The notes under the pieces were generated by a model. It saw only the letters and a list, made by a program, of their open reading frames with translations, made no database searches and was not told where the DNA came from. A program made the position numbers and the translations under genes. A DNA stretch of 64,000 bases from Thermoproteota archaeon (lineage in GTDB: Archaea > Korarchaeota > Korarchaeia > Korarchaeales > Korarchaeaceae), in NCBI GenBank assembly GCA_027492205.1, contig JAOZFN010000007.1:219278-283277 (forward strand). The letters are read 5' to 3'. This document shows positions 1 through 9,256 of this stretch, piece by piece. Each line of letters opens with the position of its first letter. Within the stretch, counting starts at the first letter, position 1.

Positions 1-147
1 GTCACGGTCGAGGGAGACAGGATTCGCATTGAGGGCATCTCCAAGGAGGACGTCGGTCAGACCGCTGCGAACATCAGGCAGGCCACGAGAATCAAGAGAA
101 AGGACCCGAGAGTCTTCATGGACGGGATTTACGTGTTGGAGGAGTGA
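1..147 (+). CDS. rpl6: 50S ribosomal protein uL6, C-terminal part (truncated by window edge)
   Basis: Frame 1 reads ...[38 protein letters not shown], the archaeal L6 C-terminal motif; directly upstream of L32e. Confidence 0.95.
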   Translation, partial: VTVEGDRIRIEGISKEDVGQTAANIRQATRIKRKDPRVFMDGIYVLEE

Positions 148-161
148 GGGGGGTGAGCAAT

Positions 162-563
162 ATGTCCGAAGAGGCCGCTAAGGAGCTCAAGTCCCTCAGG
201 GAGAGGCTGAGGAAGAAGAAGCCGAGGTTCCTGAACCTGGCCAGGTGGTGGCACGAGGGCAGCGTCAAGAGCTGGAGGCGCCCGAGGGGAATCGACAACA
301 AGCAGAGGCTCAAGCTGAAGAGCAGGCCCAAGCACCCGACCGTGGGCTACAGGAACCCTGAGGAGATCCGCGGCCTGCACCCGTCCGGGAGGAGGCCCGT
401 GATAGTCCACAACGTGAGGGACCTCGAGGAGGCCGCGGCTTCTGGGGAGCCGGTGATAGTTTACATAGCCTCCTCCGTCGGCAGGAAGAAGAGGGTCCAG
501 ATAGAGAGCAGGGCGCGGGAGTTGAACATGCCCATAGCCAACCCAATGCCGGGAGGGGAGTGA
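162..563 (+). CDS. rpl32e: 50S ribosomal protein eL32
   Basis: KKPRF...WRRPRGIDNKQR...VGYRNP..RGLHPSG motif; operon position; ATG 162 after GAGGGGGGTGA SD. Confidence 0.96.
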   Translation: MSEEAAKELKSLRERLRKKKPRFLNLARWWHEGSVKSWRRPRGIDNKQRLKLKSRPKHPTVGYRNPEEIRGLHPSGRRPVIVHNVRDLEEAAASGEPVIVYIASSVGRKKRVQIESRARELNMPIANPMPGGE

Positions 564-564
564 T

Positions 565-1026
565 TTGGCTGAGGAAGAGATCAGGATAAAGAGCCTGAAC
601 TACCAGAAGAGGCTCGCCGCCAAGATAGCTGGCGTCGGCCTGGACAGGGTCAAGCTCGTCCCGGAGAGGGCCGATGAGATCGCCCAGGCCATCACCAGGA
701 GGGACGTTGAGAGGCTCATCAGGTCCGGGGCCATCGTGATAAAGCCCGCCAGGGGAGTGAGCAGGGCCAGGGTCAGGGGGAAGAGGAAGAGGAAAGGGCC
801 AGGCAGCAGGAAGGGCGGCAAGTACTCGACTCTGAGCAGGAAGCAGAGGTGGGTGAGGAAGGTCAGGGCCCTCAGGAGGGAGCTCAGGAGGCTCAGAAAC
901 TCCGGAGTGCTCTCCAGACGGGAGTATCGGGAGTTCTACAGGAGGCTGTCCATGTACTCCTCGGTGAGGCACCTCAGATCGGCCCTCGAGAAGGAGCTGA
1001 AGCTCTCAGAGAGGGAGGCGCATTAA
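565..1026 (+). CDS. rpl19e: 50S ribosomal protein eL19
   Basis: QKRLAAKI.GVG..RV...AITRRDV..LI...GPGSRKG motifs. Confidence 0.96.
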   Translation: MAEEEIRIKSLNYQKRLAAKIAGVGLDRVKLVPERADEIAQAITRRDVERLIRSGAIVIKPARGVSRARVRGKRKRKGPGSRKGGKYSTLSRKQRWVRKVRALRRELRRLRNSGVLSRREYREFYRRLSMYSSVRHLRSALEKELKLSEREAH

Positions 1027-1027
1027 G

Positions 1028-1666
1028 TTGGCCAGGTCTGGCAGGTACAGAGTCAAGTTCAGGCGGAGGCGCGAGGGCAAGACCGACTACAGGAGGAGGC
1101 TCGCCCTCCTGAAGGGCGGCCTCCCCCGGCTCGTAGTGAGGAGGACGAACAGGCACATCATAGTACAGCTAGTCGAGTACTCCCCTCACGGTGATAGAGT
1201 TCTAGCGCACGCCTTCTCGAAGGAGCTGAGGGAGTTTGGATGGAGGTACTCCCTCAAGAGTACGCCGGCCGCCTACCTCACCGGCTACCTGGCCGCCCTG
1301 AGGGCTAAGCGGGCTGGCGTGGGGGAGGCCGTGTTAGACATTGGCAGGCAGGCCTCCACCAGGGGCTCGAGAATCTACGCTGCCCTCAGGGGGGCGGTGG
1401 ACGCGGGCCTCCGAATTCCGCATGGGGAAGGGATCCTGCCGGACGAGAGCAGGATAAGGGGCGAACACATCGCCGAGTGGGCCGCTCAGCTCAAGGAAGA
1501 GGATCCGGAGTTCTATCAGAGGCAGTTCGCCGAGTACCTAAAGACGGGCGCTGATCCCGAGCAGATCCCAAGCGCTTTCGAGGAGGTGCTCGAGGCCATA
1601 AAGGCCTCCGCGGGAGCTGGCGATGAGGGACAGACATTAATTGAGGGTGGGGAGGAGAACTCCTGA
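1028..1666 (+). CDS. rpl18: 50S ribosomal protein uL18
   Basis: YRVKFRRRREGKTDYRRRL...PAAYLTG...GEHIA motifs. Confidence 0.97.
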   Translation: MARSGRYRVKFRRRREGKTDYRRRLALLKGGLPRLVVRRTNRHIIVQLVEYSPHGDRVLAHAFSKELREFGWRYSLKSTPAAYLTGYLAALRAKRAGVGEAVLDIGRQASTRGSRIYAALRGAVDAGLRIPHGEGILPDESRIRGEHIAEWAAQLKEEDPEFYQRQFAEYLKTGADPEQIPSAFEEVLEAIKASAGAGDEGQTLIEGGEENS

Positions 1667-2322
1667 TGAGCGAGATCGAGGGAGAGTGGGTTCCAAGGAC
1701 CAGGCTAGGCAGGCTGGTCGCGGAGGGGAAGATTCAGTCTATAGACGAGATCCTCCGCATGGGCGCGCCGGTAAAGGAGCCGGAGATCGTAGACGCGCTG
1801 CTGCCTGGGCTTAGAGAGGAGATAATCGAGGTGCGTAGGGTGCAGAGGCAGACTGACGCCGGCGAGCTCACTCAGCTGAGGATCGTCGTGGCGGTGGGGG
1901 ACGGCATTGACTACGTGGGGGTCGGCAAGGGTAAGGGCAGGGAGTTCAGGGACGCGTTGTCTGACGCGGTCAGGGCGGCGAAGCTGAACGTAGTGAAGGT
2001 CAGGAAGGGGTGTGGCTCTCTGGAGTGCATGTGCGGCAGGCCGCACTCGATTCCCGCGAGGGTGGAGGGAAAGGCTGGCTCAGTCAGGGTGACCCTGATG
2101 CCTGCCCCCAGGGGCCTCGGCCTGGTGGCCAACGAGGTGGCGAAGGTAGTGCTCAGCCTGGGGGGCATCAAGGACATCAGGGTGTTCTCGAGGGGAGAGA
2201 CCCGGAACAGGATGAACTACGCCTATGCGATACACGACGCGCTCAGGCGGCTCCTACTGATGACCCTCCCAACTGACTGGCGGGAGGTCAGGCTGCGCCC
2301 GCCCGAGACGACTGCTTTATAA
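1666..2322 (+). CDS. rps5: 30S ribosomal protein uS5
   Basis: WVPRTRLGRLV...KEPEIVD..RKGCGSLECMCGRPHSIP..PAPRGLGLV. Confidence 0.97.
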   Translation: MSEIEGEWVPRTRLGRLVAEGKIQSIDEILRMGAPVKEPEIVDALLPGLREEIIEVRRVQRQTDAGELTQLRIVVAVGDGIDYVGVGKGKGREFRDALSDAVRAAKLNVVKVRKGCGSLECMCGRPHSIPARVEGKAGSVRVTLMPAPRGLGLVANEVAKVVLSLGGIKDIRVFSRGETRNRMNYAYAIHDALRRLLLMTLPTDWREVRLRPPETTAL

Positions 2323-2400
2323 CCCACTACCGGTGGCGTCGTCGGCGGGCCACAGGCGCAGCCGGGCGCTCAATGAGGCCTTGCCACGAGAGGTGGGGTT

Positions 2401-2895
2401 ATGTCCGGCAACGTTGGAGATGTGGAACCCCTGATGGCCGTGGTCAGGATTAGGGGAAGGGTTGACGTGAGGCCCGAGATCAGGAGGACCATGGAGATGC
2501 TCCACGTCAAGAGGAAGTTCTGGGCTACCATCGTGCCGGCCACCGAGAGCTACATGGGCATGCTCAGAGTCGTGAAGGACTACACCACGTATGGTGAGGT
2601 AGACAAGGACACGCTCGTGGAGCTACTCAGGAGGAGGGGCGAGCTCAGGAGCGGTGGAAGAGTCACCGACGAGTGGCTCAGGGAGAACACCGAGTTCGAT
2701 GGGGTGGATGACCTGGTCGAGGCCCTGATCTCCGGCAAGGCCAGGCTCCACAAGCTGGAATGGCTCAAGCCCTACTTCAGGCTACACCCTCCCAGCGGGG
2801 GATTTAAGAGGACGACCAAGCGGGGCTACAGGGACGGCGGAGAGCTGGGGTATAGGGGCCGCGACATCAACGCGCTCCTGAGGAGGATGATGTGA
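2401..2895 (+). CDS. rpl30: 50S ribosomal protein uL30 (long archaeal form)
   Basis: AVVRIRG...KPYFRLHPPSGGFK....GELGYRG.DINALLRRM. Confidence 0.96.
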   Translation: MSGNVGDVEPLMAVVRIRGRVDVRPEIRRTMEMLHVKRKFWATIVPATESYMGMLRVVKDYTTYGEVDKDTLVELLRRRGELRSGGRVTDEWLRENTEFDGVDDLVEALISGKARLHKLEWLKPYFRLHPPSGGFKRTTKRGYRDGGELGYRGRDINALLRRMM

Positions 2896-2896
2896 G

Positions 2897-3367
2897 ATGA
2901 GAAGCATACCCCGGAGGAAGAAGAAAACCAGGAAGTATAGGGGGAGCAGGCTCCACGGGTACGGCCTCCAGAGGCAGCACAGGAGAAGCGGCAGGGGAGG
3001 CGGCTTCGGAAAGGCCGGCGGTCACAAGCACTTCTGGACCTGGTACACTGCCTACTGGCCCGACTACTTCGGCAGGGGCCGGAGGGGCATGAAGAGGCCT
3101 AGAGCCGTCGTCAGAGAGGTCAAAGGAATAAACGTCGGCGAACTTGAATCCAGGCTCCATGAGTTGGAAGGCATGGGGGCCGTCGCTAGGGGAGAAGACG
3201 GCACCATCGAGGTAGACCTCACTAAGACGCCCTACGGCAAGGTCCTCGGCAGGGGTGAGCTGAAGACTCCGATGGTCGTGAAGGCAGCCCGATTCACCGA
3301 GAAGGCCGTCTCCAAGATCGAGGCGGCCGGAGGGAAAGCCGTCCCTGTGGAGGGGGTGGGTGAGTGA
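2897..3367 (+). CDS. rpl15: 50S ribosomal protein uL15
   Basis: KKTRKYRGSRLHGYG..RGGGFGKAG..KVLGRG..A.SKIEAAGG. Confidence 0.96.
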   Translation: MRSIPRRKKKTRKYRGSRLHGYGLQRQHRRSGRGGGFGKAGGHKHFWTWYTAYWPDYFGRGRRGMKRPRAVVREVKGINVGELESRLHELEGMGAVARGEDGTIEVDLTKTPYGKVLGRGELKTPMVVKAARFTEKAVSKIEAAGGKAVPVEGVGE

Positions 3368-4779
3368 GCCTCTTTAGGAGCCTGGTCGCCAGCATAAACC
3401 GAGTAATACCGGAGGTGGAGAAGCCCAAGCAGAGGCCGAGCCTCAAGGAGAGGCTGGGGTGGACAGCCGTCGTCCTGTTCATCTATTACATACTAACCGA
3501 GATTCCGATATACGGCGTCCAGACTCCCGCGACCGACATTCTGAGCGAGTTCCGGGTGATATTCGCTGGAGCCTCGGGCAGCATTGTGGAGCTCGGCATA
3601 GGCCCGGTGGTGACCGCGGGTATAGTGCTCGAGCTGCTCGTGGGCAGTAGAATCGTTCCGCTAGACCTCACGGATCCCGAGAACAGGATCTACTTCCAGC
3701 AGGCCCAGAGAGTTGCGGCACTCGCGTTCATCTTCCTGGAGAACGCGGCTTACGTCATGGGTGGGAGGTACGGGGCCGTCCCGGCCGAGGTCCCCTGGAA
3801 CATGGCCGCCGTTGTGATAGGTCAGCTGGCCCTGGGCAGCTTCCTTCTGATGATGTTAGACGACTTGGTGAGCAAGTGGGGCATCGGGAGCGGTATAAGC
3901 CTCTTCATCCTTGCGGGGGTTGCTCAGAGGGTGATCTGGGGCGCCTTCTCACCGATCAAGTACCAAGACAGGGTGGTGGGCGCCATTCCCGCGCTCATAG
4001 AGGAGGGCATCGACGCCTTCTACAGGGGAGGCGCCTTGCCGGACATGGCAGGGCTCATAGCCACGATCATAGTGTTCCTAGTCGTCGTCTGGGCTTATGA
4101 GGTCCGGGTGGAGGTTCCAATAGCCTTCTCCAGGGTCGGCGGTCAGAGGATGAGGTACCCGCTGAGGCTGCTCTACGTCAGCAACATACCCATCATCTTC
4201 ACCCAGGCCCTGTTTGGAGACGTCAGGATTGTGTCCTCAATCCTCTGGAACAAGTTCTCCACGTCGAGCAATGAAATCGTGCGGACTCTGGTCTCGCTCC
4301 TGGGAGAGTATCAAGTCAGCCCGGTCAGCGGGCAGACCATCCCGGTCGGCGGACTGATGTACTACATGACGCCACCGAATGGACCCGGCGCCGTGGCGGC
4401 CTATCCGGGTAAGGCCCTGGCCTACCTGGGGCTGTACATCCTGCTGTCGGTCGTGTTCGCAAAGGTGTGGGTGATTACCTCAGGCATGGACGCCGAGAGC
4501 GTGGCCCGCCAGTTCGTCGCCCAGGGGATGGTGGTCCCGGGAAGGAGGTCGAGTCCTAGGGTGCTCGCCGAGACGATAAAGGGGTACATCGAAGCCGTCA
4601 CCCTGCTGGGAGGCGCCCTGGTCGGCGCCCTCGCCGCTCTGGCCGACTTCAGCGGAGCCATAGGGACTGGCAGCGGCATACTCCTAGCCGTCACGATAAC
4701 GGCGTCCTTCTATGAGGTCATCGCCAAGGAGAGGGCCCTAGAGCTTTACCCGAGGCTCGCCAGGTTCCTGGGAGCGTGA
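3364..4779 (+). CDS. secY: Preprotein translocase subunit SecY
   Basis: GSIVELGIGPVVTAGIVLELL, KWGIGSGISLFI, YVSNIPIIF, GTGSGILLAV; about 10 TM segments. Confidence 0.98.
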   Translation: MSLFRSLVASINRVIPEVEKPKQRPSLKERLGWTAVVLFIYYILTEIPIYGVQTPATDILSEFRVIFAGASGSIVELGIGPVVTAGIVLELLVGSRIVPLDLTDPENRIYFQQAQRVAALAFIFLENAAYVMGGRYGAVPAEVPWNMAAVVIGQLALGSFLLMMLDDLVSKWGIGSGISLFILAGVAQRVIWGAFSPIKYQDRVVGAIPALIEEGIDAFYRGGALPDMAGLIATIIVFLVVVWAYEVRVEVPIAFSRVGGQRMRYPLRLLYVSNIPIIFTQALFGDVRIVSSILWNKFSTSSNEIVRTLVSLLGEYQVSPVSGQTIPVGGLMYYMTPPNGPGAVAAYPGKALAYLGLYILLSVVFAKVWVITSGMDAESVARQFVAQGMVVPGRRSSPRVLAETIKGYIEAVTLLGGALVGALAALADFSGAIGTGSGILLAVTITASFYEVIAKERALELYPRLARFLGA

Positions 4780-4780
4780 G

Positions 4781-5299
4781 GTGAAAGGGGGGATGTTCGA
4801 GAGCCTCATGGACAAGCTCGCCTTCCCCCCCTACTCAATCCTCTTTATCGTAGGGATCTCCTTCGTCATCTCGGTCATCACGACGCTGGTGAGCAAGAAG
4901 ACCATCGACTACGACAAGATGAGGTACTACCGCAGAGTCGTGTCCGAGTACACGAAGCTGCAGCGAGAATACGCGCTCTCTGGGGGTGACAAGAGGTTGG
5001 CCAAGAAGCTGGAGAAAATGAAGCCAGCGTACTCGGAGGCTCAGGCAGAGATGACGAAGATGAGCATGAAGCCCATGGTGTACACCACCGTACCGCTCTT
5101 CGCGATATTCTGGGTGCTCAGGGGGTTCTACTATGAAATCCCCATCGTGAAGCTTCCCTTCGGAATTCCGATGATGGATCTGCTGCGGAGGGGGAGCTCT
5201 TTCGCCCCCGACGTGATCGGGTACGTCGGCCTCTACTTCCTGTCAAGCTTCATGTTCTCCATGATACTCCAGCGGCTCCTCGGAATATCGCTCGACTAG
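4781..5299 (+). CDS. DUF106 / EMC3-TMCO1 (Oxa1 superfamily) membrane protein
   Basis: TM, coiled coil, MKPMVYT.VP motif, C-terminal TM; conserved position after archaeal secY. Confidence 0.85.
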   Translation: MKGGMFESLMDKLAFPPYSILFIVGISFVISVITTLVSKKTIDYDKMRYYRRVVSEYTKLQREYALSGGDKRLAKKLEKMKPAYSEAQAEMTKMSMKPMVYTTVPLFAIFWVLRGFYYEIPIVKLPFGIPMMDLLRRGSSFAPDVIGYVGLYFLSSFMFSMILQRLLGISLD

Positions 5300-5303
5300 G
5301 AGC

Positions 5304-5446
5304 AGAGGGACGGACCGGCCGACGGCTTGGGGGGCGGTCTCTACACTACCTCTAGGAGGGGGCCTCGAAAGCCTATGCTAGGGGGTGGATCGGCGGAAGC
5401 GATGCGCGGGGAGACGCCGGTGCAAGAGGGGCCGCGTCTCCCGAAA
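5304..5446 (+). ncRNA. Possible structured RNA (three consecutive hairpins)
   Basis: Hairpins at about 5304-5342 (followed by ACA), 5346-5388 and 5409-5442 (perfect 9-bp stem GGGAGACGC/GCGTCTCCC) in a 205-nt intergenic gap. Confidence 0.3.
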
Positions 5447-5504
5447 CCCAATCCTTAAATATCCCCAAAGGACAGCCCTTAGGATCCCGGCGGAGGGCTG
5501 AGGA

Positions 5505-5819
5505 ATGCCTGAGGATCCATTCGGGCCCAGAAGAGGCTCAAAGAAGAGAAGAGTCGCCGTGAGAACTCCGGGAGGGAGGACCGTCTACCACTACAGGCAC
5601 AAGATCCACGGGAGGGCCAGGTGCGCCCTCTGCGGGAGGCCCCTGACCGGGACCCGGACGGGGCCTAGATCTGTGATGGCGAAGCTGGCCAAGAGTGAGA
5701 AGAGGCCCAACAGACCGTACGGCGGATACCTATGCTCCAAGTGCCTGAGAGAGCTCATGGTGACTCGCGCGATAAGCCTCGGCTGGGCCAGGTTATCCCC
5801 CGCCGGGGGTCTCGCCTGA
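5505..5819 (+). CDS. rpl34e: 50S ribosomal protein eL34
   Basis: VRTPGGRTV.H...ARCALCGRPL.G...KRPNRPYGGYLCSKC; TTAAATAT box near 5455. Confidence 0.96.
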   Translation: MPEDPFGPRRGSKKRRVAVRTPGGRTVYHYRHKIHGRARCALCGRPLTGTRTGPRSVMAKLAKSEKRPNRPYGGYLCSKCLRELMVTRAISLGWARLSPAGGLA

Positions 5820-5870
5820 GGCCCGCGCCGATGGGGGCGAGATCTGAAGCCTCGCGAGAGGTGACGGGTT

Positions 5871-6155
5871 ATGGGAGTTATCGAGGTTGGCAGGCTCTGT
5901 GTGAAGGTGGCTGGCCGTGAGGCTGGTAGGAAGTGCGTCGTCGTCCGGATCATAGACAAGAACTTCGTGGAGATCACGGGACCGAAAGAGCTGACGGGCG
6001 TGCGGCGCAGGAGGGCGAACGTCAAGCACCTCGTCCCGCTGCCCGTCAAGATCGACATCTCCGAGGGGGCTGACGACAGCGAGGTGCTCGAGGCCCTCAA
6101 GGCCACCGCCATCTACGAGGAGCTGGCGCAGGCTCGGGGAGGAGGGGGCTCTTGA
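5871..6155 (+). CDS. rpl14e: 50S ribosomal protein eL14
   Basis: IEVGRLCVKVAGREAGRKCVVV.IID.NFVEITGPK.LTGVRRRRAN..HL. Confidence 0.97.
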   Translation: MGVIEVGRLCVKVAGREAGRKCVVVRIIDKNFVEITGPKELTGVRRRRANVKHLVPLPVKIDISEGADDSEVLEALKATAIYEELAQARGGGGS

Positions 6156-7171
6156 TCTGCCCCCCCGGGGAGCCGGAGCCCGGGCGACTCCTCGTCAAGG
6201 AGGAGGCGGAGCCCGGACCCTACGGCTACCGACCCCGGGAGAGGCCCATCGACATGTACCTGGACTACGGGGCCATCAACCTTGACAAGCCGTCTGGGCC
6301 GACGTCACACGAGGTCACTAAGTGGGTGAGGACCATCCTGGGGTTCCCGGGCAGGGTGGGGCACTGCGGGACCCTAGAGGCCGGTTGAGGCCGGGGAGAC
6401 CCCAAGGTCACTGGCGTGCTTCCCATCCTGCTTGGGAAGGCCACCAGGCTCAGCAGAGTCGTCACCAGGGCTGGGAAGGAGTACGTCGGTGTGCTCTACC
6501 TGCACGGCGAGGTGGGGGACGAGGAACTCCGTAGGGCGCTGGAGATGTTCACGGGACCGATCTATCAGAGGCCCCCCGTCAAGGCGGCCGTCGCGAGGGA
6601 CCTCAGGGTGAGGAGGGTCTGCGAGCTCGAGCTCTTAGAGCGGGAGGGAAGGTACGTCCTCCTCAGGGCGGTCGTCGAGGCGGGAACCTACATCAGGAGG
6701 CTCTTCTACGACATAGGGGAGGTCCTGGGCGTTGGGGGTAGCATGCGAGAACTCCGGAGGGTCAGATCCGGGCCCATGCACGAGAGGGACTCGGTCACCC
6801 TCCAAGAACTCGAGGAGGCGTCGAGGGCTTGGCTAGAGGGGGACGAGGGACCTCTCAGAAGGGTGATCCGGCCCATCGAGGAGGTTTTGAACTACGTTCC
6901 GAGGATCGTGGTCAAGGATACGGCCGTGGCGGCCATAACCCACGGCGACGCCGTCAAGGTGCCCGGAGTCGTCGCCGTCAGCGAGGGCCTGAGGAGGGGG
7001 AGGTTGGCCCTCGCCGTCACCCTCAAGGGTGAGATCATAGCGCTCGTGCGGCCCCTGATGGAGTCCTCGGAGATCCTGGAGGCCGACAGGGGGATCGCGG
7101 CCGAACTCGAGAGGGTGGTCATGCCGAGGGATCTCTACCCGCCCACTTGGAGGGGACGCAAATCGTTATAA
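6152..7171 (+). CDS. cbf5: H/ACA RNA-guided pseudouridine synthase Cbf5, two exons (6152-6377, 6399-7171)
   Basis: LDKPSGPTSHEV...GHCGTL[intron]DPKVTGVLP...GTYIR..ELRRVRSG plus PUA domain; removing 21 nt eliminates an in-frame TGA and restores the GTLDP catalytic motif. Confidence 0.95.
6378..6398 (+). other. Archaeal pre-mRNA intron (bulge-helix-bulge) in cbf5
   Basis: CCCU(6372-75)/GGGG(6393-96) central helix, AGA bulges at 6376-78 and 6397-99, intron stem GGCC/GGCC with GGUUGA loop; splicing gives CUA G|AC CCC. Confidence 0.9.
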
Positions 7172-7196
7172 CCGAGGTTAAAGAGATGCGCGGGGT

Positions 7197-7284
7197 GCCG
7201 GGGTGCCCTAGCCCGGTAGGGGGCGGGCCTGGAGAGCCCGTGGCCCATTGGGCCGCGTGGGTTCAAATCCCACCCCCGGCGCCA
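7197..7284 (+). tRNA. tRNA-Ser (anticodon GGA), encoded CCA
   Basis: Acceptor GCCGGGG/CCCCGGC, anticodon arm CGGGC-CT GGA GA-GCCCG, long variable arm, GTTCAAATC T-loop, G discriminator. Confidence 0.95.
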
Positions 7285-7294
7285 CTTCCCTCGT

Positions 7295-7370
7295 GGGCCG
7301 GTGGTCTAGCGGCCATGACGCCGCCCTTACGAGGCGGAGGTCGTGGGTTCGAGTCCCACCCGGCCCACCA
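7295..7370 (+). tRNA. tRNA-Val (anticodon TAC), encoded CCA
   Basis: Acceptor GGGCCGG/CCGGCCC, anticodon arm CCGCC-CT TAC GA-GGCGG, GTTCGAGTC T-loop. Confidence 0.96.
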
Positions 7371-7394
7371 CAGCTGCTTTGGGTGCGCTAGCAA

Positions 7395-8942
7395 ATGCCG
7401 CGCGGGGTCCTAGAGGAGGGCGGCTTCTACGACAGAGATCCCAGAGACTACGGTCTCAGGGTGGCCGTCGTCTACCCGGGACCCTACGAGGCCGCCGTGA
7501 ACTCGCTCGGTCACCAGATCGTCTACTACCTAGCTAACTCCGTGCCCGGGGTGATGGCCGAGAGGTTCACGTCGGACTCGGTGGGCTCGGTGGAGAGCGG
7601 GTTGAATTTAAGGGAGTTCAACGTGATCATGGCATCTCTGCACTTCGAGGGGCAGGTTCACACGCTCCTGTCCATGCTGAGGGAGGCGGGAATTCCCCTC
7701 CGCCGGGAGGGGAGAGACACGCCGGTGGTGGTGGGCGGCCCCGTGACCGCCAACCCGCTGCCCCTGGAGGGCTTTGCGGACGCCGTGGCTGTGGGAGACG
7801 GGGAGGAAACCGTCCAGGAGATTCTCCGGATCCTGCTCGAGGGCGGTGGGGTGGAGGGCCTGGGCTCCGTGGAGGGAGTCTACACTCCCGGCGGACGCGC
7901 CAGGTTCAGGCGATCTCCCCTCACCTACCTGCCCGAGGGGCAGATCAGGGCCAGGCTCCCCGACGGCAAACAGAACCCCTTTCTACTCGAACTATCCAGG
8001 GGGTGCTCTCACGGCTGCAGGTTCTGCCTCCTTGGGTGGACCCAGAGGCCGCGGAGGGATAGGCCCCTCGGCCAATTGATGAGTCAAGTAGAGCTGGCCA
8101 GGGAGCTCGGGTTTCGGAAGGTCTACATAATAGGAAGCGACGTCCTCGGACACCCCAAGGCGCTCGACATCCTCCAGAGGGTGATTGATGAGGGGCTCGG
8201 GCTCTCGCTGCCCTCTCTCAGGGCCGACATGGTGACCGCGGAGATGGCCGAGGTTCTGAGGGCCTCGGGCTTGAGAAAGGTGTCCCTCGCTCCGGAGACG
8301 GGGAGCCCCAGGCTCGCGGCCGTCATCAACAAGCGGTCCGTTCTGGAGGAGATCCTGGAGGCCTCCGAGCTGCTGAAGGCGGCTGGGATTCGGGAGCTCA
8401 AACTCTACCTGATGGTCGGCCTCCCAGGGGAGGCGAAGGAGGATCTGAGCGCCACGGCAGAGCTGGCCCGACTCGTTAAGTCCGCCGGCGTGAGGGTCGA
8501 GCTATCCGTGAGTCAGTTTGTGCCGAAGCCCCACACTCCTTTCCAGCTGGCACCCATGGCGCGGCCAGACATCTACCGGAGCGGGGTCAGGTACCTCAGG
8601 GCGAGGGCCGGGGTCAGGGTTAAGGCCGTCCACCCGGGCCGGGCCGCCCTTCAGGGTCTCGTCTCCCTCGCCCCCCGGGGGTCTGGCGCGGCCGTACTGG
8701 AGGCTGCGGAGGGACCTTACAGGCTATCGAACTACTTCCGCGCGTTCGCCAGGTGGGGGCTCGATCCAGAGCGCATCTTGTACGGCTCGCGGGACGCCCC
8801 GTGGAGAGATGTTGTGGACACAGGCGTAAGGGACGAGGCTCTCCAAGCCGAGTCGGAGAGGGCCGAGGCGGGCGTCACCACCCCAAGCTGCGACGAGCTA
8901 TGCTGGGGGTGTGGAGTGTGCCCCCTGAGTCCTCACCCTTAA
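7395..8942 (+). CDS. Radical SAM protein with N-terminal B12-binding-like domain
   Basis: ELSRGCSHGCRFC (CxxxCxxC), VYPGPY...SLG, SLRAD, APETGS, FVPKPHTPFQ, C-terminal C...C.GCGVC. Confidence 0.85.
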   Translation: MPRGVLEEGGFYDRDPRDYGLRVAVVYPGPYEAAVNSLGHQIVYYLANSVPGVMAERFTSDSVGSVESGLNLREFNVIMASLHFEGQVHTLLSMLREAGIPLRREGRDTPVVVGGPVTANPLPLEGFADAVAVGDGEETVQEILRILLEGGGVEGLGSVEGVYTPGGRARFRRSPLTYLPEGQIRARLPDGKQNPFLLELSRGCSHGCRFCLLGWTQRPRRDRPLGQLMSQVELARELGFRKVYIIGSDVLGHPKALDILQRVIDEGLGLSLPSLRADMVTAEMAEVLRASGLRKVSLAPETGSPRLAAVINKRSVLEEILEASELLKAAGIRELKLYLMVGLPGEAKEDLSATAELARLVKSAGVRVELSVSQFVPKPHTPFQLAPMARPDIYRSGVRYLRARAGVRVKAVHPGRAALQGLVSLAPRGSGAAVLEAAEGPYRLSNYFRAFARWGLDPERILYGSRDAPWRDVVDTGVRDEALQAESERAEAGVTTPSCDELCWGCGVCPLSPHP

Positions 8943-8977
8943 TATGAAGGGCTGTCAGCCCCGCTGGGTTGGAGACC

Positions 8978-9256
8978 ATGCCCACCTACGTCTACATAGT
9001 CTTCTACAAGCTCAAGGAGATGTCGGACGAGGAGGAGGAGAGGGCCAGGCGCGAGTGGGAGGAGATGATGGCAGACTGGCCCCCTGAGGTGAGGCTGCTG
9101 GGCGTGTACGACCACGCCTGGGGGACCTCGTACAACGGCTTCCTGATGCTTGAGTGCGACAGCATGGACGCCTACGTCAGGTTCTGGAGGTGGTTCCGCG
9201 ACAAGGTCAGGTGGTACGTCGTGGAGACCCGAACAGTGATCGCGACGAAGAGATGA
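8978..9256 (+). CDS. Small hypothetical protein, probable ferredoxin-like dimeric alpha-beta barrel
   Basis: 92-aa ORF with host-like codon use, TAATAT box upstream; HAWGTSYNGF motif. Confidence 0.65.
   Translation: MPTYVYIVFYKLKEMSDEEEERARREWEEMMADWPPEVRLLGVYDHAWGTSYNGFLMLECDSMDAYVRFWRWFRDKVRWYVVETRTVIATKR

Noticed and set aside
6386-6388. TGA in cbf5 as Sec/readthrough or pseudogene
   Set aside because: Readthrough would insert 7 residues into the catalytic motif; the BHB intron explains it exactly
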